Shown piece after piece: positions 1 through 14,737 of a stretch of 64,000 nt of DNA. Every line of letters begins with the position of its first letter. Positions within the stretch are counted from its first letter, which is position 1. Below the pieces are notes generated by a model that was not told the DNA's origin, did no database searches, and saw only the letters and a program-made list of their open reading frames with translations. The DNA comes from Chrysomallon squamiferum (Eukaryota > Animalia > Mollusca): positions 17,174,001 through 17,238,000 of the forward strand of contig CM022677.1 in the NCBI GenBank assembly GCA_012295275.1. The letters run 5' to 3'. The position numbers were made by a program, and so were the translations under genes.

Positions 1-1518
1 CGTGAATCGACGATGGAGTGAACAAACAAATCAACAGACGGACGAATGAATAAATGACTCAAAGTCATGGATGGATGAATAGATAAATAGATTAATGAAG
101 GAATCGATGGATGAAACGATTAAATAAAACCAATGGATCGATGAACAACAGAAATCAATGAAAGAAAGTAATGACGAACGTGTAATAGCAGCACCTCGCA
201 AATTTGGTTATTAAATTTATCATGTAGTTTAAGTTTGTATTGGTTTAAGTTGTAATGGTTTAAGTTTGTAATGGTGTTATTAACCAGAAAAATAAAAGTG
301 TAGCCAAGATAACGGTTATTCCTACCAAATCACAGAGGAATCTTTTTCTCATTGTCATAAACACGAAAGCACACAGTTCTTAAAAAAAAAACTGTATTAA
401 ATAGAAATACAACATACTGGAGCATTATAAAGTTTGGTCTCGTGACCCTGAAAAGCTCTAAGTCTGACCCCACGCCCCCACCCATCCATGGGGATTTAAA
501 AACACTCATGGAACACGTCACAGAAGAAATGGCAAATTGAAACTTCTAATCAATGACGATTTAGCAGTTAATATTCACCAGAACATTTTGTCATTTCCTT
601 TTGCAGTAGCATTGAGAAACCCAATCCCTAACTACATTAGTCAAAACTTATTTTAGAAAGAAAAAATAACAAAAAGCATGTTAATAAAAAAAAATCTGAA
701 TTTAAAAAAAAAAAAAAGAAACACATATATAAAAACGACAAATTGCGGAGCAGAATTCAATACCCATTTAGCTTATGAATCAAACGCAATTTCTGTAGCT
801 ACAGTTCCCAGCCATAGAAATAATCGTCGCGAAGCTTAACGGCATAGATTACTCAATGTATAGAAAACCGGAGAACAGAGGAGAGGTTCTGTGATGAAGT
901 GTGCTGGGGAATATTCGCAGTTAATATTAAAATCGGCCGCTAGAGAGGAAATCCCGGTGTCGTAAGCGTGTAACGTAAAAATTCTCGCTGGTAATTACGT
1001 TTAATCGTTTGATTAGGAGGAAGCATCGCCAAAACGTAGCGCTAAAGCGTCTGAAGCTGCAATAAATCGCCATGTTTCTTCGTTTAACTGCTGGTCAATA
1101 CACAAACACACAACCATCAAACATTCTGTTGCCGTCGATAATAAAACATTTCCGGGAATGAAAATAAAAAAAAAAAATAAAATAAAATAAAATAAAATAA
1201 AATAAAATAAAATAAACCCATCAACGAGCACTCTAATAGCTTTTCCCCTGAGTTCTTTCCCCTTTTTTCTGTGACCGCTGGCTGTATTTCGATTAACGTT
1301 AATTGTTTATGTTACGTCACTGCATTGTCCTGCGAATACTTAGCCACTGTTGTAGTACTTTTTGTTTAAATGAAAAAAAAAAAATTATTTACTTTGTCTC
1401 TCTGTTTGTTTGTGTTGTTAATTTATCAGTCAATATGTATTTAATATTGTACATCTATGCCGCTCTCTAAACTTCACAGTAGAATAAAAAAAATTCTGTC
1501 GATATATATCTCTATGTT

Positions 1519-1636
<118 letters not shown>

Positions 1637-1922
1637 ATACTCTGCTTCCCTATATTTATTCCATATAGAAATTATTCTCTGTCATTGCCCTTTGACATTA
1701 TCGTAATTTGTTTTACTCTTTATTACCGTCAGTGATAACGAAATAGATAAAGAGGAATAGTGAAATGTAATACGAAGCAAATGACCTAGTAATAGAGAGA
1801 GAGTATAAGACAGAATGCCGTCATACAGTCATGAAATAAAAACAATTAAATGATGCTGTAAAACTTAGTAAAACATAACTCAGTCGTATATTATTATAGT
1901 TACATGTGCAATATGAAAACAA

Positions 1923-2355
1923 TATAGTGACGTAATAAAATGATATAATGACGTATGATAATGCTTAGGCATATACGAGAATAATTCAACAGTACACTTT
2001 AACTGTATACGATAATAGTGACGTAATAATACTGTATGTGCACCTACAGTGACGTAATGAAACACTATACGAATTACTGAGACGAAAAAGTTAGAGAAAT
2101 GTAATAATTCCTTTTAGGCAATATAGTGACGTAATAGTATTGTAAGTAAAACACAGTGACGTAATAAAGCTGTATACTTATAACAGTGACGTAACAATAC
2201 TGTATAACGACAAACCAGTGACGTAGTGGAACTGAACAGGACACAAGGATGAAACTGATACTGCAAAGGACACTTATATAACACTTATATAATAATAACT
2301 TGAAATGAAATATAGTGATCGTAATAATACTGAATAAAATAATAATAACAATAAA

Positions 2356-2401
<46 letters not shown>

Positions 2402-2496
2402 TTAATATTAATAATAAAACAAAGTGACGTAATAAAATTGCTTAAACAGTATAATAAGTAATAATATACTGTAAGACAAAAGAATGACGTAATAAG
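1923..2496 (+). repeat. Degenerate ~30-bp minisatellite with an AGTGACGTAATA core
   Basis: The core recurs near 1926, 2017, 2048, 2125, 2155, 2185, 2217, 2313, 2423 and 2484; spacing is about 30 nt in 2125-2217. Confidence 0.75.
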
Positions 2497-2860
2497 ACAA
2501 AACAGTTAATTATCATTACTGACATACTACATAACACATAATAATAATTCATGTTTTACATAATAATACTGTAAATTATTTAAATAACATTTCAGAACAG
2601 CATACGAAAGAAAGAAAGAAGAACAAACAAGATTATTAACCATTGTTAACAACTAGATAACTAAAGGTGTTTCAGCTGGAAATGTCATCTTGGTGCACTT
2701 TTTTCTAAGATAATATAAATGTAGATTGTATGAATTTTGATTAAATAAATTCATAGAAAATATGATCAGAGTATCAATGTTGGATCATTTTATTCCTTGG
2801 TCGCATATGATGCATGGAACTGAAAATTGTCATAAAAATAGTAATGACTTATGACCAGCC

Positions 2861-3331
2861 CATACATACATACATACACACACACATACATACATACATA
2901 CATGCACACATACATACATACATACACACATACATACATACATACATACACACATACACACATACATACATACATACACACACACATACATACATACATA
3001 CACACATACATACACACATACATACACACATACATACATACAAACATACATACATATATACACACATACATACATACATACACATACATACATACATACA
3101 AACATACATACATTCATACATACACATACATACATACACAAACATATACATACATACGTACATACACACATACATACACACACACACATACATATATACT
3201 TACATACAGATATAATACACACATACATACATACATACACACACATACATATATACATACATACACACTTACATACAGATATACATACACACATACATAC
3301 ATACACACACATACATACATACATACACACA

Positions 3332-3363
<32 letters not shown>

Positions 3364-3390
3364 CATATATATATACATATATCTATATAC
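2861..3390 (+). repeat. Compound (CATA)n/(CA)n microsatellite
   Basis: Direct inspection; source of the YVCM/THTY pseudo-ORFs. Confidence 0.97.
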
Positions 3391-3395
3391 AGTAC

Positions 3396-3508
3396 AATAC
3401 ATGTAGAAATACATTTTATAAAAATACATGTAGAAAATCATTTTTATAAAAATACATGTAGAAACACATTTTCATAAAAATACATATAGGAACACATTTT
3501 TATAAAAA
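3396..3508 (+). repeat. 27-28-bp minisatellite, ~4 copies (AAATACATGTAGAAAnACATTTTTATAA)
   Basis: TACATGTAGA-like units at 3398, 3425, 3453 and 3481. Confidence 0.85.
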
Positions 3509-4337
3509 CGCACACGAAAAAGTCATAAATTTATTCATAAATGCATGACAGAACTAATAAAGGCATCTGTCTACAAACAGTTCCAATTAAATGCTCGTGT
3601 TCGTGTTCTGACAATCTGACATAAAACGCCAGTTTTTAAATTCTTCCGCTAAACTCTTCGTCATTTTCCTGACAGTAAAATAAGCATTATTTCCACGAAA
3701 CAAATTATTTCCTTCCCAAACACGCCATTAATGTATCTAAAACTCCCTGCACACCGAGCAATAACAAACAGATATTATTTCTAAACACCGCTAATTGGGA
3801 CTTATTTGTTTATCGCGCGCAAAGAATGAGCGTTAAGTGCGAAACGGAACTACTTTCTCATTATCGCTACGCGCTGAAACAATTTCAATATGGCTTTCGT
3901 GATCGGTGCATATTTTTCTGCCTTAATTAGATTTTTTCTTCTTCTTCTTTATTTTTATTTTTATTTTTTTATTTTATGATTTTTTTTTTTTTTTTTTAAC
4001 AAATAAGATTGCCCAGTGGTATTTTGGATATGGAAAAAACGTCACCTTAGGTTTTTTTTTATTAATGAAAATTAGTCTCTCAACAGACATAGCGACTATG
4101 TTTTTAGTTAAGATTCATGTTTCCATAGTTAATGAGAGCTTGCGTCCGGGATGGACGTGAATAACATTACAGACGAATTTGTTATTTGGCTCACGTCACC
4201 CACAGCTCTGTCACATTGCGCTGCAGAGAGAAGCGAACGGCCCCGGGATCAATTCCTCTCCAGGGACTGTGGAACAGTTTTGAAGAAAAAATCCTTAGAT
4301 TAACACAGCACAGGAGTTTGTGACAAAAACACATCGT

Positions 4338-4913
4338 ATCTCTCTCTCTCTCTCTCCATCTCTTTCTCTATCTGTCTGTTTTTTAATTTCTTTCTCTATC
4401 TGTCTTTCTTTCTCTCCATCTCTATCTGTCTCTCTTTTCATTTCTTTTTCTATCTGTTTCTCTTTTCATTTCTTTCTCTATCTGTCTCTCTCTCCATCTC
4501 TTTCTCTATCTGTTTCTCTCCATTTCTGTCTGTCTCTCTTTCCATTTATTTCTCTATCTGTCTCTATCTTTCCATCTCTTTCTCTATCTGTCTCTCTTTT
4601 CATTTCTTTCATCTGTCTCTCTTTTCATCTTTTTTTTCTGTTCGTCTCTCTTTTCATTTCTTTCTCTATCGTCTCTCTTTTCATTTCTTTCATCAACCTG
4701 TCTCTCTCTCCATCTTTTTTTCTCTGTCTGTCTCTCTTTTCATCTCTTTCTCTATCTCGCTTTCCATCTCTTTCTCTATCTGTCTCTCTTTTCATCTCTT
4801 TTTCTATCTGTCTCTCTTTCCATCTCTTTTCTATCTGTCCCTCTTTTTCCATTTCTCTTCCTCTTTCCAACTCCGTTTCTCATGTATCGCTGTCTCTTCT
4901 TTTGATTATTCTT

Positions 4914-5011
<98 letters not shown>

Positions 5012-5067
5012 TTATATATATATGTGCATGTATGGAAGCATCTGTGTGCCTGTTTCAGTCTCTCTCT

Positions 5068-5111
<44 letters not shown>

Positions 5112-5120
5112 TGCTCTCTA
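4338..5120 (+). repeat. Degenerate TC-rich tandem repeat followed by perfect (TC)n
   Basis: Recurring TCTCTTTTCATTTCTTTCTCTATCTG-like units; polypyrimidine strand. Confidence 0.9.
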
Positions 5121-5317
5121 ACACATACAGAGTTTCTCTGTCATTCTCTCTACGATATAGTTTGTCTTCCTGTCTCTCTAATATCCTCTTTCATTGTCTG
5201 AATAACCTTAATTCATCCACGGATCTATCTATCCATCCACCCACATATATATCTGACACACATACACACACACACATAAATCTCTCCATACTTGCTCTCA
5301 TATATATATATATATAT

Positions 5318-5423
<106 letters not shown>

Positions 5424-5441
5424 TTTAATTAAGAGAGAGAG

Positions 5442-5483
<42 letters not shown>

Positions 5484-6051
5484 TTAAAATTAATTAAATA
5501 AAAGATATATCTATATATATATTTATTTAAAATTAATTAAATAATATCTGTAGATATCAATATATATATATACGCGTTTGTTAAAACCAGCAAATGATGT
5601 CTACTGAGCTTAGTGTAAAGTTTTTATTTCTCTTTTTAAATGTCAGATGTCTAAAACGATCTTATGTCGTTTTCCATTAAGAAACTGCTTCGTTATGTAA
5701 TCTTTTTTAATCCATTTGTTGCGGGAACCAGCTATGATAAATTATCCTGTGAAAAAAGAAAGAAGAAGAAAAAGAAATCTAAAAAAAAAATCTTGAATGA
5801 TCGTTTGGAAGTCATATACGTCAAAGTCGCTATTTGTAGCAAAAAAAAAAAAAAAAAACTTGAATTTTTTTTTACGAATCTGTGATATTTTTTGGAGAAA
5901 TAATGTTTTTAAAATTCGTCTGGGAAAGGTAAAAAAAAAAAAAAACGATGCAGTTTATTTCACTTTTCATACTTTTGTTAAGTTTTCACAAACTTTTCAT
6001 TATTATTCTTTTATTTTACTGATTTTTGTTTGTGAGTCGTAACAGAGTATT

Positions 6052-6082
<31 letters not shown>

Positions 6083-6105
6083 CAGACACAGAGAGAGACA
6101 GAGAC

Positions 6106-6199
<94 letters not shown>

Positions 6200-7504
6200 A
6201 GAACATTACAGGATCAAATCTTCAAGATCAAAATAGCATGGACAGCATCTTACAGAAAAAAAAAGACAAGACAGGAAACGCGTCATATTTTGCGTCATTG
6301 TTCATCACAAACATCTTTTCTGACCCGTAACTTCAAATTTCATCTGGGAAGAAGAACAAAGATAAAGAAGGGAAGAGAAAAATGCAATTACCCATCCAAC
6401 AAAAATGTTTGACAGAAAGCAGAAAGACAACTAAGTTTGTATTACTATTCAACAAAAAAAAAAAAAAAAAAAAAAAAATCTCGCCCCGGATTACTGGGTT
6501 AATCACAATCGAACGAAACCCATAAATGTACAACCAGGCAAAAATCGCGTTGACTAATCATTAACCAGCCTCGCCTTGACGGGGAAAAAAAAAAAAAAAA
6601 AAACCAATCAAATCGCCTGAGACAAGCGACGTTCGGCGTGGGTCCGGAACAAAACGATTCACTGGGAATTGATCCAGAATTGAATACCGAGGAAGAAATA
6701 GGTTTTTGGGCGAAGATTAATACTCTGGATGCTGCGCGTTATCATCGATATGATTGTTTATCGCGTAACGATGGTTCAGCTTGTTGAATGAATTCGGAAA
6801 AGCCATATATATATATATACACACACACAAGCGCAGAAACAAACGGGGGGCGATTGCTTTATATCATTCTTGAGTACCAGAACAGTTCCATTATTACCAG
6901 AATTTTTTTTTCATACCGTGTCGAAGATGACTGTAGACTGTAATATAGAAACGTCTTGACTTTTATATACCCCTGACTTGTTTGATTGCTACTACAGGCC
7001 ATTATTTTATTTTTATGTCAAAGATAACGACTGATTTTTCTTTATACATAGTATTGATATCGTTTTATCGTTTTACCGTTACGGTAGGGCTTTTTGTATT
7101 TTATTGCAAAGATGGTGGAAGATTATGTTACAGAAATGTTGTGACTTTTGTTGGGGTTCTTTCATGTCACCACCTGTACCATTGTTTATTTCATATTAAA
7201 GATTGTGTAGATGTTCTTGATTCAAATATCGTTCATATCATATACCGCTGAACTATTATTTATTGCCTTGAGGATTATGTGTTTTTAAATGTCAAATAGC
7301 TAATTATGTTTTCATTAATCAAAGATTGCGTTATACTGACTTACTACAGTAAAGATATTTATTTGTATTTTCACCTAGAAAGATTTCATATTCTATTTGT
7401 GTTATCTTAAATTAATTAACTTCGAATCCTATTACTTCGTACATTCATATAATGTTATATTGATATATTTTTGAATATCTATAGCTCCTGATAATATGTA
7501 TTGT

Positions 7505-7920
7505 CTCTTGTGTTTCAGTAGTGTGCTGTATTTCAGTGATGTGTTGTGTTTCAGTGGTGTGTTGTGTTTCAGTAGTGTGTTGTATTTCAGTAGTGTGCTG
7601 TATTTCAGTGGTGTGTTGTGTTTCGCTGATGTGTTGTGTTTGTGATGTGTTGTGTTTCAGTGATGTGTTGTTTCAGTGGTGTTGTGTTTCACTGATGTGT
7701 TGTGTTGTTTCATTGAAGTGTTGTGTTTCACTGATGTGTTGTGTTTCAGTGGTGTGTTCTGTACGAAAGGATGTGTTGATGTTTCAGTGGGAAGATTATA
7801 GAAAAAAACTCAATGGATGTGTTGTGTTTGATTGGTGTGTTGGGTTTCACTGATGTGTTGTTTACAAATGATTAAAATATGGTTATTTCAGTGCTGTGTT
7901 GTATTTCAGTGTTGTGTTGT
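7505..7920 (+). repeat. 18-bp minisatellite (GTGTGTTGTGTTTCAGTG)n
   Basis: 18-nt period, visible as CCVSVV repeats in ORF 7521..7853. Confidence 0.9.
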
Positions 7921-8272
7921 TTTTTTTCTGCACCCTGCAACGCATACTCCACACTCAAACATAAAACAGATATCACACCACTAACAAGCCAGACACACAA
8001 CCAGACTCGACTCTTCACATACAACACATAAAACTCACCTCCCGCTTATACGCTCCCGCTTAGACGAAAGGATGAAGTGATGGCAATTGGAAGATTATAG
8101 AGAAAAAAACTCAAAGAATGAAAGAAACACATGATTACAGTATAGAGCAATATGAAGAAATACGAATGATTAAAATATGGAGATCGAGAGAGAGAAGAGA
8201 GCACACAGATAGAGAAAGAGAAAGAGAGAAAGAGAAAGAAAGAGATTGGAGAGAGAGAAAGAGAGAGACAAG

Positions 8273-8306
<34 letters not shown>

Positions 8307-8374
8307 TAGAAAGAAAGAGAGAGAGGGGGGGAGAGAGAGAGAGACAGAGAATGAGAGAAAGAGAGAGAGAGAAA

Positions 8375-8464
<90 letters not shown>

Positions 8465-9044
8465 TACGAATGGATGGAAAGATAGACGAACAAATGCTAA
8501 CTGGAATCGACACTTTTTCTGCATAAATACTATATAAATTATGGTCATAAATATCAACCAAAAACAAATAATATTAAGCAAACCGAAAATACATCTGAAT
8601 TCGACACGGAGGCTCCGTGTAACGACCCGCTTGGACCTCAATTAACGAATTACCCAAGGAGAAGCGACAGAAATTAACTCAGCCTTGATGGACGTAGCAG
8701 ACGAGAATCCAATTTGTTTAAAAACGCGGAGCAAGCTGTACCGGGGTCGCGATGCCAAGAACAAACAACGGCGTGATTAGGTCAGCGTGTAAAACAAACA
8801 GATATTCATGCGCGCGCGAGACGAGACAGATAACTCTTAGTTGCATGATGAATAGAGTTGTCCCGGCGGCCTCGTTCTCGGTGCGGTCAACACAAGGCAG
8901 ACAAGGCGAGAACGAGGTAAACAAGAAGTAATGAGAAAATGTGTGAAAAAAATTACAAGGCGAAAGTCGTGTGGGAGATATTTTTTTTTTTTTTTTTTTT
9001 TTTTAGCACCAGCTTTTTGTTAGTGTTATTATTTAAACTCATTG

Positions 9045-9078
<34 letters not shown>

Positions 9079-9413
9079 CTGTTTTACTAGAAGAAGGTCT
9101 TTTGTTATGTTTGAATTTAAAAAATTGTTAAAAGGTTTCTATAATTTAAAAAGGTTAAACAGCAAAACGGTTTTTATTATTGTTGTTATTATTATTATTA
9201 TTATTGTTATTATTATTATTATTATCGTTATTATTATTGTTGTTGTTGTTATTATTATTATCGTTATTATTATTTATTTTGTTATTTATTTTTATTTTTA
9301 TTTTTAGTCATTTATTTTATTTTATATTTTTTATTATATCTTATTCTTTTGTTTTTATTCTTTGATTTCTTATTTTATTTCTTATTTTATTTTATTTTTA
9401 TTTTATTATTTTA

Positions 9414-9446
<33 letters not shown>

Positions 9447-9924
9447 ATCAAAAAACCCAATCTTCATATATTTTATCATTACTATCAAAACGGTAAAATC
9501 AGATTCAGCAGCCATTATGTCCAAATCACCCACTGACCTTGTCTAGTATATCCCTGACCTGTTTACCAAAACCCATACAGTAGTTTATCTTACATCAACG
9601 TTTTTACAAATATCGTGTGTCTTTTTATACTCGCTTACCGTTAAATCTCTTTTTAATGCTGCAGTTGATCACATTAAATGTCAGATAGTTAATGTTTGAG
9701 TATCACAGATCGTAGTAATTACACTGACACACAAAGATGTTTGAATTTTAGTGCAGAAAGAGGAAGATTTCTTAGCGTGTGTATTTTTGTCATTTTTTGT
9801 TTTTTTCTAAAGAGAGAGAAAACGGATATACGGTTTTCGAAGATAATTTTCACACATTAAGTTGAATTTTCAGATTTTACTATTTCAGATGACAGTGTTA
9901 TTGTGTTTTTTCTTTTTTTTCTTT

Positions 9925-9956
<32 letters not shown>

Positions 9957-9973
9957 TTAAAATTATTTATTAA

Positions 9974-10038
<65 letters not shown>

Positions 10039-10204
10039 ATTATTATTATTATAATTATTAGTATTATTAGTATTATTATTATTGTTGTTGTTGTTGTTGT
10101 TGTTGTTTTAGGGGCTTTTATGGAGGTTCCACGGATAACCTTTTCAAATGACTATCTTCTTATTTCAATATATTTATATATATATATTTTTTAAATTTCT
10201 TCTT

Positions 10205-10239
<35 letters not shown>

Positions 10240-11458
10240 CAATTGTTGTTTTTATTCCCATATATATTATATATATTATGATGGTATATATATATATATA
10301 TATATATAAATTGTTTTTATTTTTTATTTTTTTTTTTTTAACCAATGGCCTTAGTTCCCATCACACAGTTTTATCAAAATTAAATCACAAAGCTTCCCCA
10401 TAACGCTTTTTTTTTTCTTTTTTTTTTTTACTTGGCAACCAGTTCCTACGCTTAACCTGAAGACGTTAGAACGTTGTCCTGTAGGTGAATGAAGCTTGGA
10501 AACGATCCAGAAAAACGTGCTTGAAGTTAGCTGGATAAACGGCATGAAAATACTTTTAAATTAACAGCACAATACATAGGAAGCGTTTCCATTTAACACG
10601 AAAATAAGATCAAATTGAAGTTGAACTGAGACTAACTGAATTTTAAATTGCATGGAAATGAGCTAAATTTAAACCTTAATTTTATCACACGGGTGAATCT
10701 GTACAGTGAAAATAGATTAGAAACGAAGAAGAATGAGGATAATAATAATAATTATTATTAAAGGGGGGAACAAAAAAAGAAAAAAGAAGAGAATAAAAGA
10801 TTCGGTTAAAGCTTATTGTTGCTCTGAACAAAACAACGAAAACAGCAAAGCAGTACAATCGGCAATTTTCGTGGATTTTCGCAATCATCTCTTGGAATTC
10901 GACAACTAAGAAGATTGACAGAAATTGAACTCGGGCATCATCAAGCTGGAAAAAAAAAAAAAAAAAAAATAGGTCTCTAACCAGACTTTTTTTTTTTTTT
11001 TTTTTTCCTTTTCATATCAGCCTCAATAGGTCTAGCAATTATGACGGTAAAAGATGCGTAATTGGTGTCGACTCTGCTCTCTTTCATTAAACCGGAAGTG
11101 AAATCTGCGCAAACTCGACTTATTTGCGTACAGCTCTGTGCTGTTCTTCAAAGGAGAATGGAGCAATTATTCAAAGTAATACGGTGGAAGACGCTGTCAA
11201 TATTGTCAGCGCTGCTAGCCCGTTTGAGACGTCGTGCACAGCGTAACAAAGACAAATGTGCAAGCCGTTGCGCTGACGATGTTTAAAAGGATTGAAGAAA
11301 AGTCGCTGTCGTCTGACGTGTCGTAGAGTATTGACCAGAATTTGAAATAAGACGAACGGAAATAGTTAAATGTTCTAGAAGTCTTTTAAAGGTCAAAAAT
11401 TATATTTAGACATTTTAGTTCTGTTTAAGAAGTAAGCGAAGTAGTAGTAGTAGTAGAG

Positions 11459-11525
<67 letters not shown>

Positions 11526-12599
11526 AAGAAGAAGTAGTAGTATTCCTGCCGCTGATTGATTTACTAGTATATGTGTATTATTATAATTAACCCTGTTGTT
11601 GTTGTTGTTGTTGTTGCTGCTGTCGTTCATTTACATATAAACTGTGTATTTTACTGCTGCTGCTGTTGTTGTCGTCGCCTCGCAATGTTTTAATATGTGA
11701 TTAAAATCCTTAAATTAGGATTTCATAACACGCAGATCAGAAATGGGTATTCTCTGTTAAACAATATAGAACTATGTTCCTACAAATTGATATTAGTAGG
11801 AGGACTGCCACTCTGTCATTTTCACACACCGTATTAACTAAAAAGAGCGCTGCCACTTTCTCATACGCCAGTATGTGTTGATTTATCTAGAGACTAAGAC
11901 GGAGATATTTCTAAACACATGATTCAAAGAGACTGTAGCCATCCCGAATAATAATAATGGAGATTTTTTTTTTTCCTTCTTTTTTCTTTTCCATCTTTTA
12001 TTATTTTTATTATTTTTATTTTATTTTATTTTTTTTATTTTATCTTATTTTATTCCTTTTCCAGGACATGCAATATCAGGAATCCGTCCCAGATGCAAGA
12101 ATGAATTAAAAATTACTTTTCATTCCAAAAGAAAAAGTCTGTGTCTGTAAAACAAAAAAAAAATATATATATAATACACTTGATGCTGTTAAAATTTATA
12201 GAACAGAGATCATGAAAACGTATTAATAGGGATCTCCCTCGAGTGTTTTTGTTAGTAAAATCTGTCTGTGAAAATAAAGAGATTTTATCTAAACGGAATG
12301 TTAGGAAATTGTGCAATCAATCACTCGACTTTAGGTCTGAGATATTGAACGGAGGTGCTGTGGGCAATTTTATATATATATACATAGGAATTCATTCAAA
12401 CCTTACTTGCACTGGTGAACACTCATACCACGTACATACACACACGTACAAACACACACAAACACACACGAGCATGCTTGATTATAATGTGTATATATAT
12501 ATATATATATACACACACATACACACACAGACACATACATAAATGTAGAAACCGGCAAATAAAGAAATAAAATACTAGAAAAAAGGTAAATGAATGAAT

Positions 12600-12695
<96 letters not shown>

Positions 12696-13316
12696 AGAGA
12701 AGATTGAAGCCATCAGTCATAATCGTCTTCCAGTGAAAGATTTTTAAAACAAAATTCAAAATTCCATTTCCTTTACTAAAAATATACCATGTACAAACTG
12801 AACAGTCAAAAAACACTAGGAGTAATCAGTCAAATACACATTACTATTTTTTCAACTGCTTTAATAAAATGGAAATCTTTTATTTATTTATTTTTATTTA
12901 TTTTTATTATTATTTTTATTTATTTATTTATTTATTTATTTGTTATTATTTTCTTTTTATTATTATTATTATTTTTTTTAAATTGTTTTGGGGAATTTTT
13001 TTTTTTTTTTTGTTACAGTAGAATGTGAAGATTTACGATGATGGAATTCTGTAAGAAATATAAAATAAAATAAAATAAAACCAAGAAGCAGAAAAAAATG
13101 AAAGGAAATGATAAACAGAAATTAAACTCGAAATTACTCAAAAGCGAGAGAGAAAAGTATTTGGAAATAAAAAAAAAACAACTGAAACTTGAAACGTTCC
13201 AAAGAGACGAAAGAAAACGAAGATAGATTAAAAATAAAATTTTGGGAAAAAAAAAGAAAAAAGAATGAATCCAAAAACGTGAAAAAAAGGGAATACATTA
13301 CAAAATCGAATTTCTC

Positions 13317-13417
<101 letters not shown>

Positions 13418-13562
13418 CTTTAATACAAATTGTAATTATATATGAACTAAAAGTACCAACTATTAATGTTTACTTTCTTCAAACACAAGGATATTTTATG
13501 ACTGCCATGTGTGTATTTTTAAGCGATGTCTGTTATTTCGATAGGAAAGGAAATGCAGTGGG

Positions 13563-13642
<80 letters not shown>

Positions 13643-14173
13643 AAAGGAAAGCAAGCCAAACACTATAAAAGACAAAGAAGGATAAACAAAATACAGTTAC
13701 TGAAAGGAGAGAGAAAAAAACAGCAACTGAACAATAATTATGAGGAGAAATAAAACAAGAATAAAAACTAAATGAAAGGCAAATAAAACAGAAAATGGTC
13801 AAAAAAGAAGAAAGAAAGCAAAGGAAATGAATGAAAACAAGTAAGGAAATACGGGAACAATAAACTTAAGAGAGAAAGAGAAAAGTAATGAACGAACGAA
13901 AGAACCCAAGAAACAAAAAAAATATAAAGATAATAAATCAATAACCAAATAATACAAATAAAGGAAAATAAGAAGCAAAGAACTAAAATAGAAGAAAACA
14001 AATGATTTTCAACCATTTCTGTTTTCACCGTAGAACTATCAAAACAAAAAAATATCTCCTTCTAGCAGGAAATGACGTAATCTACCAATGACGTAATCAT
14101 ACATTTCTCTTCTTTGGTTTCTAGTTCACTTCTTTTTTTTTTTTTTTTTTTTTTTTTTCTTATTCTGTTTCTT

Positions 14174-14208
<35 letters not shown>

Positions 14209-14699
14209 TTTTCCTCAGACACCAAAAATACATCCAAAAAAAAAAGATCACAACTAAAATATGTCTAAAATATTTATTCTCGATAGATCCTCAAGCGGAA
14301 AAGTCATCAGGAATTGAAGAATGGGGGACGGAAATCGGAAGACGCGGAACGGAAACAGAAAAGACGTTGGCTATCTTGGAACGAGTTCGATTTGAAATTA
14401 CGCTGTAACTCCGGAACAAAATGAGTCATCGCAAATCAGTAAAAAAAAAAAAAAAAAAAACAGACATACAAACATACAAACCGACATTCATACATACAAA
14501 TAGATAGATAGATGTGTGTATGTATGTGTGTGAGATAGGACAGACATCTGTTTTTGTGACAGACAGACGGATCATAACAACCAATATTTCTACCGACGGA
14601 CACAAGAAGATGTATTACCAATACCATTAGCGTTACTGTTACTACAGTTAAGCATCAGATAGATCGATATATAGAGACACAGATATATATATACATACA

Positions 14700-14737
<38 letters not shown>

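Noticed and set aside
935-950. CCGCTAGAGAGG partial CTCF-like motif
   Set aside because: The 3' GGC core is missing.
4190-4245. Possible minus-strand micro-exon between CTCAC and CTGCAG signals
   Set aside because: The translation does not resemble the expected next part of the receptor, and such signal pairs occur by chance.
7419-7430. TTCGAATCC B-box-like motif (tRNA/SINE)
   Set aside because: No A-box, cloverleaf or SINE body around it.
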